From positions 3,100,001-3,164,000 of the forward strand of contig CM102285.1 in assembly GCA_046563655.1 (NCBI GenBank): DNA of 64,000 nucleotides. The letters are read 5' to 3'. The notes under the pieces were generated by a model, which saw nothing but the letters and a program-made list of their open reading frames with translations, ran no database searches and was not told where the DNA came from. This document shows, piece by piece, positions 34,501-49,200 of the stretch (position 1 is its first letter; every line of letters starts with the position of its first letter). This DNA comes from Yuukianura sp. NJ FZ-2021. Taxonomy: Eukaryota. The position numbers and the translations under genes were made by a program.

Positions 34501-37500
34501 TCCAAGGTCTTCGGCAAAATAACCGGTGAAAATATTTCTAATGGCAAAGCCAACGGCCGCCAATGTAGCTAATCCCAACAGCACCTCCACCCAGTTAATT
34601 CCGGACGACAACAAATTTTGTCTTGGTCCAATAAACAACTACAAGCATAAACTTTCTACAGGTTTTGCAACGTTTGAGCAACATTCATAATGTGTTAGGC
34701 TTACATCCAGAATTTGACCCAAAGAAAGCGCTAGAAGCGGTATAACTAGACCACTCAGTATGCATCCAACTATTCCGAGGTACCACAATCTTCTTGACTC
34801 AAATGGCATCAGTTTTAGTAATTTCCGGATAAAGGCCATGGAATCGAATATATTTTTCATGGATGCTCCCATTAGTACTTGAAACCGGTCAACAGTTTCG
34901 TCTTCATCCCTCTCTGTTTCTACACGATAAACTAATTGAGTTGGAAACATCTTGTTAAAGTCACCACAGATCCGTCTCAGTTCCTCAGGAGTGCCTTTCT
35001 CTGTCACGCATCCATTCTATTAAAAACATGTGTCAAAGAAACTAATGTGGATTAGCGTGGTATGGAAATGCATTAAATGTAAAACAGACAATTACTAATA
35101 AGAAAAAAAAACATTTTTGACTTTAGTAAGAAGAATCGACCAAATTTCACCTTCAAAAAATAAATGTAGTCGCATGATTCAAATACTTCTGGGGGTTTGT
35201 AGTCGACAACAATGGTAGCAGTGGTGGTTTGTCGGCATTTTTTCAAAGTTTGAAGAATTTTACATGCATCGCTAAGTTTAAGTGCTGACAAGGCTTCACG
35301 CAAGATGAGTACTTTGGGTTTCGAGATAATGCACTTCGCTATAAGAATTTTGATTCTGAAACAAAAATAGAACGAACCGTAATTAGATCAGTAAAGATTA
35401 GATTTGTATCCAGCTAATTAAGGTTCAAATTGATCTTTGAATGATATCTACATTTACACAGTTTTTACAGTTTGTTTTATACGACGACTAAAAGTAGAGT
35501 GCCTTACCGCACATCCAACGGAAACAGTGCTGACGCGGTGGAGTCATATTTCTAAGAAACGTTCAGGTAGTTTGTATTATTATATGTACCACAGTTATCC
35601 AATATCAATGTACGGTGCAAGTTGCAGAAGCGCTTTACATACTATCTATATATATGTAAGATCTATATATGTATATAATTGGACGATAGTATAAATTTAA
35701 CTTACATTGTCGAGCCCTGCTATGTATTTGTCGAGCAAGACAATTTGAGCGGCCTTCTCAACATCGTGGAAGGTGACATTTTTATTAAAAGAACGAATGT
35801 TTTCAAATATTGTCGTGTTAGCCAGCGTCTAGAAATGTGGAACAAAATTTAGCAAGAGATTTTCTAACAATTGTTTTTAAAATTTGTTGTGTCGTGTTAC
35901 ACTATTTCGGTCCACAACGGCAAACTGCTTACGAACCCATCGCACATTCTATTACACGATTTATATATAACAAAACGTATTAATACCACATACCAAAATT
36001 CTGTTATGAGACAAAGGCATAAACAATTGTAACGCACCATGGTGGTTATATCGTGTTCATCAAGTTTGATTACACCGGATTGTGGATCATATAAGCGCAG
36101 CATGAGTCTGACGAGTGCGCTTTTTCCAGCTCCGTTTTTCCCGACGATCGCTGCATTTATTTTGGGCATAGTAAGTTGGTTATTCCCGGGCTTTCCTTAT
36201 ATGTTTTCACTAAAAAATTTTATGCGTAAAACATTTACCAAAAAGCCCTTTCCCTGGTACTTCAAAATTCAATTCGTTGAGGACCAGTTTCTCCGCCATG
36301 GTCGGGTAAGCAAAAGCTACGTTGCTGAAGTTAATTTTTCCAGTAAAGCCTTTTGGACACAAACCTGTAATGGCAATGGCAATAAATCTAGGTAGAGATT
36401 GTGGCAAATATATTTCATGCGGTGTAACTATAAGAATCATCTTGTATAAAAATTTACCGCTGTTGCAGAGTGGTGATATACAACAAGTGTTGTACTTTTT
36501 ACAGTTACGTCAAATTAAGTTCAAGGAAAACCTACCTGATGTGCTGTATGGATCAATTTCAGGTATTGAATCCAAAACAGTTCCTACAAGTCGGTATGAC
36601 GAATAAGCTGAAGCGATTTCACTCAGGTTGGGCAGTAGTGAGAAAATGGCAAATACAGAAATTGTGAGACTAAAGAAAACTGTGTAAATTTCTCCTGGAC
36701 TGATGACGCCTTCGTGCAAAAGGTTGACTGCGTACCAGAGTGCGACTGCGTAGAAGACGTAAATCAAGAAGTACATTCCACCAGTACCAAGTCCAATTAT
36801 AACTTCTTTGTGTTTGGCAGCCGCGGTTCCATACGATAGTGCTTTCTCGTATCGCTCTAACTCTCCTCTCTCTTCACCAAAAGCAGCTACAGCCTGTATA
36901 TTCCTTATCCCTTCAACACAGATTTTTCCGGCTATGACACTTTGTTGTTGTGCTTCAGTTGATGCATTGCTCATTTTCTAGTTTTCAAATAAAGTTAAGT
37001 TTTTAAAAGTTTTTTTAAAGTTTTTAATTTTTAAAAAAATCTAGAATTTTGAAAGTTCAACTTACTTTCCAGACAAGCATTAGCTTTGTGAATACAAGTG
37101 GCGCTGATCCTAGCAACACCAAGGTCAGTTTTGTGTTGGTGAGGAGACCGATTCCGGCACCAAAAAGTGCAATTATGCTGTACTCAATTACAAGCACAAA
37201 TTTTTGACCAACTCCTTCACGAAATCGTTCACAGTCACTGGAAAAATCAAAAGATATAAATTTAACACTACACACTTATAGTATTTATGCAAGAAAAAAA
37301 ATTTGGGTTTTCTTTTTAAAGATGAACATTTTCCCGAGTTTCAAATTTCAAATTTCGTCAACTTTGTCGCGTAATTTCTTACTCTGTCATTTTCATAACA
37401 AGGTTTCCCACCGATCTAAAGCTGAACCACGACATTTCTTGCCTTTGCAGCTGATAGATATACTTTTGTCTGATTCGGTACAATTGGTTTTCAGCCATCC

Positions 37501-38748
37501 ATTCCCAAATTAGTGTCTAGTGAATATAATTTATAAAATGCATTAGTTTTGCCTTGCTCATGGAAGTTGTGTTGTTTTTTTTTTTCCAAATTTTCATTTT
37601 GATTTAGAAAACAACCTGGAAGAAACCAGCAAAGAAAACTGCTATTCCAATGTAGAAGTAGTATGTTGAAAACTCAGCAACGTACGTAGCAAAGTCTCCA
37701 ACAGTTTCCGTCCCATTGCTGCTGTACAAATTCAAATTTCCAAAATATCCACTGCCTTGAACAGCTCCTGCGTCTGGGATAGCCGTAACGTTTACTCCAG
37801 GAGCAAATTTGGCGGTAAATTTTGAAAGCAATGACAGCGTAGCCTGTCCACTCACTCCAATGCTACTATCATCTCCAGCGAGAGAACTGTTGGGACTGAT
37901 CTGCATTTCCTGCGTCCAAACCCACAAACTCATATACTATATAATTTAAGTTTACAAATTGTTTTCTAGTGTTGACAAACTTACATGAATTGTATGGACA
38001 ATGTAGGCATTGGAAATTTTTCCAAAGAGGCTGAAAAGTTACAATTATGAGCATTAGCATAAATTCTTTGATCGTGTCAGTTTTTTTCTTATTTAGAAAG
38101 TGTAGGTAAAATATGGCTTTAAATATTAATGTGTTCTTACATTGCCAGCAGTGGGAAACTCGCTGCGTGAATAACGGTAAAAGCTAGTCCCACGAATAGT
38201 ACGAATCGGTCAAATCCAGACGTAAATGCAAACTAAAATTATCGTAATCAATTTTGAATTCAGCTGTAAATGCTAACTGCCTATTTCTTTAAAAAAAAAT
38301 TTTTTTTTTTGTAAAAACAAACTTACTAGCTTGGAAATCTTGCGGAGTATCCCTTTTGCCATTTGTTCTCCTGTACCTTCCAGCAGCTCATCGTCAGGAA
38401 TTTCATCCTCCACATTGTACTCGCTGTTTTCAAACAAGAAAATTACAAAATATGAACAACAAATTACAATTCCGAAACTAAAACGTGTTATAAATGCTTG
38501 TATGAACTTTTTGGTAGCGTTCAACGTATTGTTATTATTGGTGTATTTGTGTGCATAGCTAAGATACTAGCTAGATAAGAATTTGGGTAACATAAGATTT
38601 GCTTTTGTTAGGTTAAAAATATTGCATACTATTCTTCTTTCTCTGCGCGTAGTTTTGTGTTTTCAGCTTGTCTTCGTAGTGTCTCAATGAGTGGTTGACG
38701 GTCTGGGTCAACAATGAACTTAGCACACGCAGAAACAAAGGAACTCAT
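31537..38748 (-). CDS. Full-length ABCB (MDR/P-glycoprotein-like) transporter with degenerate nucleotide-binding domains
   Basis: ATG at 38748 ([11 protein letters not shown]...). Many exons give TMD1-NBD1-TMD2-NBD2 order, with motifs [36 protein letters not shown]...[22 protein letters not shown], followed by a Pro/Gln-rich tail and stop at 31537. Confidence 0.9.
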
Positions 38749-39545
38749 TGTCACTGGCTGACAATTCGTTGCGCCCAACGTTTTTTTTTTCGCTAATTTC
38801 TTTTAGTTTTCTTCTCAGTGTAACACGCTAACCACCAACTTAATTACTGAGAAGTAAAACTTTCTCAACATTAATAAATTGTAACTCATTAAAATCTTTG
38901 TCACAATTAGTGCATTTGGTTTACCGATTTTGGCATAATTATCGTTACATTGTTAAATCAACACCGCATTGCCTTGCCGCAAGCACTATTTGCTGAAAAA
39001 TTGCATCTGCTTTTTGGTGAGTAAAATTGATATTTGCAATCGGAGCTGCTTTGTTAGTGTATCATATGTGGTTTTTGGTCTCGTCTTAATGAAGTACGCG
39101 AGAAAATAACTTCTCAGCACATTCAAACTAAATTAAATACAACGCGAACAGCAATGCGTTCATTGCGCTCATGACATTTACAAGAAAATTCTGCATATGA
39201 ATTTCTAGTATCTTGTCCATATCCTATGACAAAAATTACACATTTAGTACAGTTGAAAAACAGTTTCAAAAGTGCTAAAAAATTCTTTTTGGCAATCCGC
39301 CAGTGTTTTCTAGCCGAATACTGCATTCAAGCATAGTTATTTTAAGAATTTGGCACGAACTAATATGCAACACAAAAGGAAAATAAATAAGTTTAGTTTA
39401 CTGATTTCTAAAACGTAGAAGACATTACAAGCAATACTATCTTCTACTACCAGAATTTGTGTTTCTAAAAATCAAAATTTCGAAAATTCTTTTGAAATTG
39501 AAGTTACTTTAATTAAGTTTGACTTAATCAGAACCTTTATTTTTA

Positions 39546-41894
39546 ATGGCGGAAGGTTCGAAGGATATCGAGGAGGTTTATAATGAATACCGCGAGCGTA
39601 AGTTCCAAATTTAATTTTCAACCAAAAAAAAAAAACAAGTATCAAATTTTGAACAATTTTGTTTTGTTTTTTTGTTATTTTTTGTTGCTAGAAGCTGAAC
39701 GGCGCTATTCTGTTTACTTGGGAGAATGTACGGTGGGTGACGCTACAACACACGAGTTGAAAAGGAAATCTGACCCCGACGTGACCTCTTCTGTGTCCGT
39801 CGATGAAGTGGAAGAGCGTGGAGAAAATCTGGACGGTTGGGGTGTATTGCCTGACTTAATTATCGAGAAGGTTTTCAGCTATTTGGACATACCTCGTCGC
39901 TATGTCGCTAGTCGAGTATGCCGTCAATGGCAACGAGTGAGTCGGACAGTTTACCAACATTACTGCATTTTAAAAAATTCAAACTTTTCTCCACTACACT
40001 GTTACATGCAGTTTTGTTAATGGGAATGTCGATGGCTGTTGCTTTTAGGCTTTTCAAATGCCCGGGAGTTGGAACACTTTTGTTCTCCAGGATGAAACCT
40101 TGACACGACACAAATTCAATTACTACATGGGTTGGCAGGTTATTAATTTTTTTTGACAAAATGAAAAAATACATGCTGTAGTTACCAATTACTACAATCC
40201 TGTGCCTAGCGTACCATATAAAAAGAGAATTTGTTTAATCTTTTTAGTTGATCCTAGACCACCTACGAGCACAAATGGCGATTTTTCGAATTGGAAGATT
40301 TGTTCGAAATTTAGTTCTTGCTCCAATGACGAATCTGTTTAACTTATACGAGTTTATGAATCTATTGAGCTACTACTCCGAACGCTACAATGGTATGAAT
40401 GAAAACGTATTCTCCCAAATTTACTATGCGAAATAAATGTTGATTTTTTAAAAATTCAAAAATTCAAATAATTTTTAAATAAAAATGTCTTTTTGCAGAA
40501 GATGAACGGTCGAGAGCCCCGCTTCACATCATGTCTTTCAGATTTATATTTCGCTGTGATTTGACAACAACCACAGAACACTCAGTCTATGGCACTGGTG
40601 CGCTTGTTTCATTTTTTTCACGACTGTGCAGTGATTTACGAATATTTTCAACAATTTCTTTTGTACAGGTGGAAAACTGCTAGAAGGACTGAAGCGTCTT
40701 ATGTCAAATTTAAATGAACTGCTCAATCTGGAACTGATTGATTTGATGTTGGATTCAACCTCAGAAGCGATTCATTTGCTTGACGATGTCTGTGCATATC
40801 TTTGTCCAACGCTCGAGCGCCTTGTGCTCATCAACGCTACCAGGAGTCACTTTCCATTACTTCACCCTGCTTGTTTCATTAACCTACGAATTTTGAAAAT
40901 TAGTCCGCAAAACATTGGAACGGAAACAGTGGAACTGCTTTGCAGCAATCTGTACTTGACTGAACTGCACTTTATCCAGAACAAATACACGGAATTCGCA
41001 ATAGCAGTGGACCGCCGTGCTTGGAAAAATGCAAAATTTGATGTGTTCCTCAGGTAAATATTGTTTTAAACTTGTATTCCAAAAAAACAGAAAGTGCAAA
41101 ATCTAACCTTTCAATTTTTCTTTGAACAATGTAGAACGATAGCCAACACTGATAAGGAGTTAATCTGGCAAGAAGGAGCTCCCGTTAAATCCATTATTTT
41201 TGACAGTCCATTGACAAAGGCAAATTTCTTGGAAAGTTTTTTTGAGGACGTCAAAATGTTTGATTTTTGTTTTTTTTTTTTACAGTTGTATTCAACATTG
41301 ACAATTCTTGAATTTGTACGTAGGTTGACTGGACTGGAATTTTGAGAGTCGTTGACCTGTACGGGAGTAAGCTGGAAGAGTATGGGCATTTGGGGCTTCC
41401 TAGATTCTGGAGGTCAAGGAAATTTAATGACAGAGTTGACTCAATGCTTGTTACAATTTGCCGGAAATGCTCAAATTTGAACACACTTGTAAGCCCAATT
41501 TAAATTAGTGTCAAAAACTAGTAAGCTGTCATATTTTAAATTAACTATATTTTAAATGTTATTTCAAAAGTTATTAGTTTTCTTAAACTGATGATTTACG
41601 TTTTAATTGCAGTACGTCAGGGAGAGGATCTCTACGTCTACACTTCTACTGATTGTCACTCTTGCATCAAATTTGAGTTCCTTGTTTGTTCGAAAAAATG
41701 CGCTCATACTAAAATGTGACTATAAGCAACACAACCTGACTCTTGACCCGGAAATTTGCAGTTGGATCGAGCAAAATGCAAAGTCATACGACAAAGTGGA
41801 AAAAGAAGTTGGTAAACTACTGTACCAGAAAGACTGGCAAGGTTTATCCGATGCCATGTACAAACAAATTTCTAAATTTAAACCTGCGTACTAA
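39546..41894 (+). CDS. F-box protein with LRR-like region (FBXO39-like)
   Basis: F-box WGVLPDLIIEKVFSYLDIPRRYVASRVCRQW; later exons include GGKLLEGLKRLM, LKISPQNI, YGHLGLPRF and RERISTSTLLLI. Stop at 41894, AATAAA downstream. Confidence 0.85.
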
Positions 41895-44800
41895 TTATAT
41901 TTGAACAGATTTTTTTGAAATAAGTGAATAAAAAACTAAATAAAAAACTAAGCTCGGTAGGATCCTGTTGTATTTTTTGACGTCGAAAGTTACCAGACGC
42001 ATCGCGATTATCGCCATAATAATTTTGACTTGTAGTCATTTACGGCAACATTCAAATCTGGATTTGGACTCTGAACAGGATTTTGGAAATGGACTTTGTA
42101 TTTCTTGATCTCGTGACCAAATGTTATAGTACAGTGAAGTGACCTCCACGACTGTAAGATTATAATTTGGAGAGAGTATACTACTCAAAGAGTTTTTTTT
42201 TAATATCCAGACACACTTAATCAATCCAAATGTGTGTATTGAGTTGACCTCAAATGCGAGCATTTTGGATTCGTTGAGTAGTGAGGTGACGCACGTCAAA
42301 AATATTTCTACTTCAATAGATAATTTCTGTGTAAACGTCTGTAATGGCTTTCTAAATGACAGCAAATCAACTGTTGCAAATCAAAAGTAAAAAAATCTCA
42401 CGTTCCAATATTTTCTAAAGAAAGTTATCGCTCATGAGGCAACTGTTTTAAATTTTTTTTTAAATTAAAATGCTGAAGTGTTTTTAAAGTGAAGTATTGC
42501 ATGTAATTTGAGCTGAAAGCATAACAATGGAATGATTTACATGGAGCTTTGTAAAGGACAGAGGAAGGTTACAGGAAAATTGTGTGTAGCAACAATTGAG
42601 TGGCATGATGCGTCTTAACATTTAAGTGGACTTAAAAACTATGGACTTTGACCAGCTCCACAGTAAACGCAATCTTGTTACCAAAGATTCCGAAAGTTGG
42701 ACATTGCATGAGATGTCTGTCATGACCAAACATTTGTCTGACGCAGACAAAATCTCATATCCATTCATATGAATACAAGTTGAAAACGGAGTTTGGACCT
42801 CCGCAACATCTGAACGGAAAAATTATCCCTTGTAGCGAGTGACTCTCCTACCACCTATAACAATTTATAACAATTTTGGATTGAAAATAATAGTGTACAA
42901 AGAAAACAAAAACAAAATTGCATGAGAGTAATATTTTGGTGCATTCTCCGGACAAGGACAAAATGAATGAGTATCACTTAAGACTAAAAGTGGTTTCCCT
43001 TACTATTGTTGTGCTGGATGGGAATGACAATTGAGTTGGTTTGTTAATGATTATGGGACTTTGACAAGAGAAATCGAATGGACTTTGAACTTTGGCTAGG
43101 GATGGGAACCGCACTGTTTAGCAATATCTCCAAATAACGTAAAAATTCCTTTGCACGCCCGGTTGGTACCAAGAATTTTTCAAGGTCTTTTGTTTAACAT
43201 ATTATTTTCATTAAATTCTTCCTATTCAGAAAAACTTGCACTGCAAGTACTATAAGTAACGAAGTGTATGAAAGCGTTTTCCTACATGTTTTTTTCAAAT
43301 AGTTCGAATATGTTACTTATAAGATTACTTCAACTTTTTGGAACAAGAGCAACACAAAACTAAAATATTGAAAACGTATAGCAATGCTTTGAACACCAAT
43401 ATAACTAAAGCAAATAAAAAAAACACAAAAGGAATAAAATTAACTCATGTTTTTTTTATTGAAACTCAGAAAGGTTATAAAAAAAGTCAGTGGAATTCTA
43501 AGAATTTGCGGTTGGATTTTTTGGAACAAAAAAGCATATTCCAGAAATGGTTTTGAAATGTTTGATAAAAATCGGAAATGACGTAAATTTGAAACTTTTG
43601 AATAAGTATGGTACATTCTCCTTTTAGAAAAATTACGGTATAGTGAAATCACTGCTGGTAAACTGACAACTGCCACAACAGAAAGTTTGTGGCTTGGATT
43701 TCAAAGGCAATTTTACACTTCCCTATGGCCCCAATCTGTTTGCTAACAAATGCTTTGAGATGTCTAATGCCTAAGCCTGTCTGGACCATAAATAAATTGA
43801 GGTCGAGTGAATTCCTGATTCAAGATCCAATATACATAGGAGTTAACTGACCTCCGCCACGCCTCCCAATCCATCTCGTCATATGAAATTCAAGTATCGG
43901 CTTTCTATTTTCAGTTTTCAAAAAAAATATCTTTCAAAATTTCACGAAATTGCAATAGAAATATCCCGTTTCTCCTGTCTCTTGACATAAAAATCTTGTT
44001 CCAAGGTTCATAAAAGCTGTTATTCTATTTTTAGCTTTTTACAAACTTCACAGAAAAAAAAAATTTTGTGTTTCTTTTTCTGCGGTCGGTAGATACAAAT
44101 TTTTGGCTTGTAGCTCTTTCCTTGTTTATATGATCCAAAGGCCTTGAGTTGACATACTACACGCAAAAACGCATACATAGCTCAGGAATTTAGAAAATTC
44201 AAAGCAAATTTTCAAAGTTATGAAATTTTGAATTTAGAAAGTTTCATCTGTCTATAGCTTCCAGGATGTCATACAAAGGGCATTGCCTTCAGAACCAAAA
44301 TGTCCTACTTTGCCAGCTTACCAGCCTTGAGCATAAGCCCAACTTTTACGGCACATTTTTCAACTTGAAAATTCAATTGTTCTCAGAAGGGAGGTGTGTC
44401 TTTCTATTGTTAAATTTTTCAAAATTTCTTTTTTGAAACTGCGGCCTAAACGCATGTTCCCCGTTTTTACATTGACTTGCATAGCGTACTACACCCGCCC
44501 CTGGATATATCCAATCCCTTGCTTTGCCAAGAAGCCACACACCAGTTTTGGTTAGATTCAATTGGTTCGTGCCTGCAGACAAGTAGTCAGTCATACCGTG
44601 GCATCGCATACAAAACATAATATTGTTGCTTCATCAGTCCTTTATAGTCAATTGTTTAGTCAGGTCATGCCCATCAACCTAATCTATACCTAGTAAAGTC
44701 AAGTAATTTAGCCTTAATTGAACTCAACGTTAAGTTACGTCACTACGGTGTCACAGTTCAGAGTGGAATTTGATACATCTCTACAAAGTCCATTTGTCTT

Positions 44801-46242
44801 ATCTGTCCAAGGAGAGCAGAGTCCAACTTAAGTGTAATATTTCCCCACCCACTACTACTGACAACCACCGCCGCCACAACGCTTAATTTTATTTGCAAAC
44901 AAACCTGTTTGTTAGGAACAATACAAGTTCAGTTTGACTTTGAAGTTACAACGGGACGCTTCTCGCAAAAAAAAAATTTTTGCAAAAAAAAAATTCTGAG
45001 ACAATTGACTTTACTGCAATACGCCATCTCACCATTTGCAATTCTCGACTTTCAATTTAGTGCTTTATAGGCGTAAGTCTGTATAGCAAAGAAGACGATT
45101 CCTTTTAAGAGGTCACGGTCCACCTTAACTACGTGAACTCTAAAACCAACTTGCCTTGACATTTAACACTAACGTTTAAAAGTCCATAATTTTTTCGTGC
45201 TAGAAACGTCAATTTTATATTAAACGAAGTAAAGTTTTACTTGGAATGGCCCTGATGCTAACTTGCCGAAGAACTGCTGCTTATTCGAAACGTGAGTTAA
45301 TTTTTTTTACTGGTTTTACAAAAAATTAGTAATTACAAAAAAATACAAATCTGAAATTAATTCTCTTATTAAATAACCAAATGAAAAGTAATTTTTGAAA
45401 CGATTTTGCAAAATTTCTCAAAGTTTCTCATCTTCTCTTTTCTATTTCAAATTCTAGGAGTGATTTCCCAAATTAATGCAACTGGGCAGTTGCCGGACCG
45501 AAACGGAGGAATTCGGGCAGCGCTTTTTAGGTGAGTTGAAAATGAGATTTCTTTTATGTAAGAACTTGGTGTTGTTGTTTTTTGAGTTAATGAAACTCTG
45601 TAATGAGATGGCAGTTGGTCGTAGTAGTTAAAAGTTATGCTCAATTTAAGCTGTCAATTTATTTGATTGAAGAGTTAAGCGGAACTTTGCTGGTGCTTCA
45701 ACTCATCATTAATAATTTTGTTTGCAAACACTTGAGTCATTCACACCCAGACTAATACATTAGAAACACGGGGTAGTAGACGAGTGAACTAAAAATAAAA
45801 TGCGAACTGAACTAAAATGAATGAGCGCCTGACGTGGTGGAATAATATGTCGAGCGCATATGGCAAATTTATGTCAATAAAATATTGTTAATAGCTGGAT
45901 TCTATTCCAAATTAAGCGATTTTAACATTTTATGTACTAGTTAAAGTTTTTTTTCAGTTTCCAACAATTCCGGAGTTAACGCTTTGCAAATTGTGGCTAA
46001 AAAATTTACTAGACCGAGGTTTCAAAAATATATATGATCACCATTTGACGCCAATTTAAGTAAAGATATGAAAGGAGCTACAAAATGTAGTCATTACTGG
46101 GAACTTTGACGCATGTCACTTGTGAGGTGTTAACTTTTGATAAGGTCAGCATGAATTGTTAGATTTCGCTGAAACTTGGGATTATTGTAGGTCAATATCC
46201 AATTGATTAGTAGTTAACTCCATCCATTTTTTGTGTTTATAG

Positions 46243-49200
46243 AACTGCTAGTGCTGGAAGTGGAGTAAACTATGACCCCTTTGAGTCACCGCAACTAAGA
46301 CAACAAACGCCAACATTCGGAGTCATTTCGGCGGAGACTCCTGAAGTCTATGATGCTTCAACAACGTCACACGACTTGCATACCGGTTAGTATTAAAATA
46401 CTATTATACAAGTTATCTTAAAATTAAACAACTTCAATTGAGTTTTAAATTTTAATGGATTCATGATTCGTTGCAGAATCCCAGCATAAGAAAGCTGCTC
46501 TTGAGAAGCGTTTGGTTCCAGCGCTCAAGGTTATGACCAAAGTCTATGACTTTGTGACGCTTCCCGTTTACGCAAGTATCCAACAACCATGGAAGAGGAT
46601 GACACTCCACAACTCCATGAAGGTAACTGGTTTCACAACCCTAGGGAAACTTTAATTAGGAAAGTCGTTTCTCATTTTGCTGAAAATGACGTCATATTTT
46701 AACATTGCAATTGAAATTTAAAAAAAAATTCCAGGCAGTGACGGTGAATCCCGAGAAGACAATTTACAATTCCACGGTCCCACACTGTCGCCTCCACCGT
46801 GAACTGGATGCTGCCGGAGTTTATACCATGGATGCCTTGTATCAACAAGCCATTGAGTGGCATGGTGATAAGAAGGCTTTGGGCGTGCGTGAAGTTTTGG
46901 CTGAAGTGGAAACTGTAGATGTATCAACTGGGAAGAAAATGAAGAAATTCGATCTAGGGGAGTACAAATGGAAGACATTCAAGGAAGTGGACGCAGTAAT
47001 TCAGAATTTGAGTCGTGGATTTGGGTTGCTCAAGTTGAAGCCCAATGAAAAAATTGCAATTTTTGCGGAAACTCGGGAAGAGTGGCTTTGTACGGCCATG
47101 GTGGCTTGCAAGAAAAACTTGCCAAGTAAGTTTTAACTTTTGTGCCTTTAGCTATGTAGCTTTGCCTCAAGCAATCAAAAATTTTTATATTGATTCTTGA
47201 GATTGCAGTAAACAATGGTCAAAGATTTCACTAGAAACTGACGTCGTTTTACTACCATTTTTTCTTATGAAAATTTATGTCGTAAACTTAATTAATTAAT
47301 TACATTTTTTTTCTTCTTCTAGTTGTTACTGTCTTTACGACATTGGCCGACGACGGTGTGATTCATGCATTGCAACAAACTGAAACGTCGACAATCATTA
47401 CTTCAGAAGAGCTTATGCCTAGATGCAAGGAATTGCTTAAACATGTTCCACAAATTAAGAAATTGGTGTACATGGAAAAACCGAAATTTGGTACCTGGAA
47501 TCCTTCAGAAAAACTGGACAACGATGTCCAAGTTTTCACTTATTCGCAGCTCGTAGCTGCTGGTGCAGATCGATCGGTTGAAATTGAAGGTCCGCCACTC
47601 ATCAACTTTCTTTCAAAAATTCATTACCTTTAGGAATTTAAAATTTGATTTTGAATTTTAGAACCAGTACACGAACCTCCAAAACCAGAGGATTTGGCGA
47701 TCGTGATGTACACAAGCGGAAGCACTGGAGTGCCTAAAGGAGTGATGATCTCTCACAAGAATTTTGTATCGGCCCTGAAAGCCTCTCTGGACGTGACCTC
47801 TATCGTTGGAGAGGCTAGGCCAGACGATACGTTTGCGGCGTACCTTCCACTTGCTCACATTATGGAACTTATGTGTGAGTCAATGACGTTTCTCCAAGGA
47901 ATCCCAATAGGCTACAGTTCACCATTGACGCTAACCGACAACTCACCGGGGGTCAACCAAGGATCCGTTGGAGACACGACCTTGATCAAGCCCAGCGTCC
48001 TTCCAGCAGTTCCGGTAAGTTACTTTTTTGAAGGAAAATGTTAGTTTAGGTTCCAAAAGTGCTTCAAGTTCGAACCCGAAATGAAAAGCTTGAACTTCGA
48101 ACCTAAGGGTCACAGTTCGAACTTTTTTAACCTGCAAAAAGCAATGGCTACTAAAACATGTTGAAGTAATCAATTAAGCGATTTACATCTGAAATGCACT
48201 GTCGTCTGTATTTGGATGCTTTTTCAAAGTTAACTTAAAACAATGGATTTAGAGTTAACTAAAACTACCTTCTGTGGCAATGCTTGGGTTTTGGTTGAAA
48301 TTCATACATTGTTGCATATTTTGCTAATATTGACCGTTAAGTTCGAACTCTTGTCGCTCAAGTTCGAACTACGAACCCAGCAAAATAGTCAAGGACGAAC
48401 TCTAACTTTGAACTTGAAGCAGTAGTTTCAAGTATCTTTAAGTTCAGAAGTTCAAATTTGTTTGTGATTTATATTTGGAATTTTGTGTTTTCAAAATTTT
48501 CAGCTTGTGGTGGAGCGCATTTGCAAGGGCATTAAAGAAAAAGTGTCAGAAGCCGGTCCACTGAAGGAGATTCTGTTTAGTTTTTTCATGGATTACAAAT
48601 TGTACTGGAAGAAATTGGGCTACGATACTCCATTGGTGGATCGCATATTTTTTCGTAAAATTACTTCACTGATTGGTGGACGCATGCGCTTCTTGGTTGT
48701 GGGCGGCGCTCCACTGGCACCGAAAACGCAAGAATTTATTAGTGCTGCACTATGTTGCCCTGTTGCTGTTGGGTATGGAATGACAGAGACTTCATCCATT
48801 GCTGCACTGACCTTAGGTAAGGCTACTAATATGAAAAAATCTAAGTTTTTTCAAAATTATAACAGGAAAATGTTTAAAATCTTTTGAATTTTTGTTCAGA
48901 ATATGATTTGAGCGTGGGAAGACCGGGAGGCCCAATTGGCTGCAGTTATTTTAAACTCGTGGATTGGGAAGATGGTGGGTACAAAACCACAGATAAGCCT
49001 TATCCACGCGGAGAACTTTACATTGGTGGTGACAATGTCGCCATGGGTTACTACCAGCGTACCGATTGCAAAGACTTTTTCTACGAAGACGGAAAGCAGT
49101 GGATTCGTACTGGAGACATTGCTGAAGTTCATGAAGACGGTGGTTTCAAAATCATCGGTAGGAAACTTCCAAACATTTGTTCCGAATTCAATGTCTGCTT

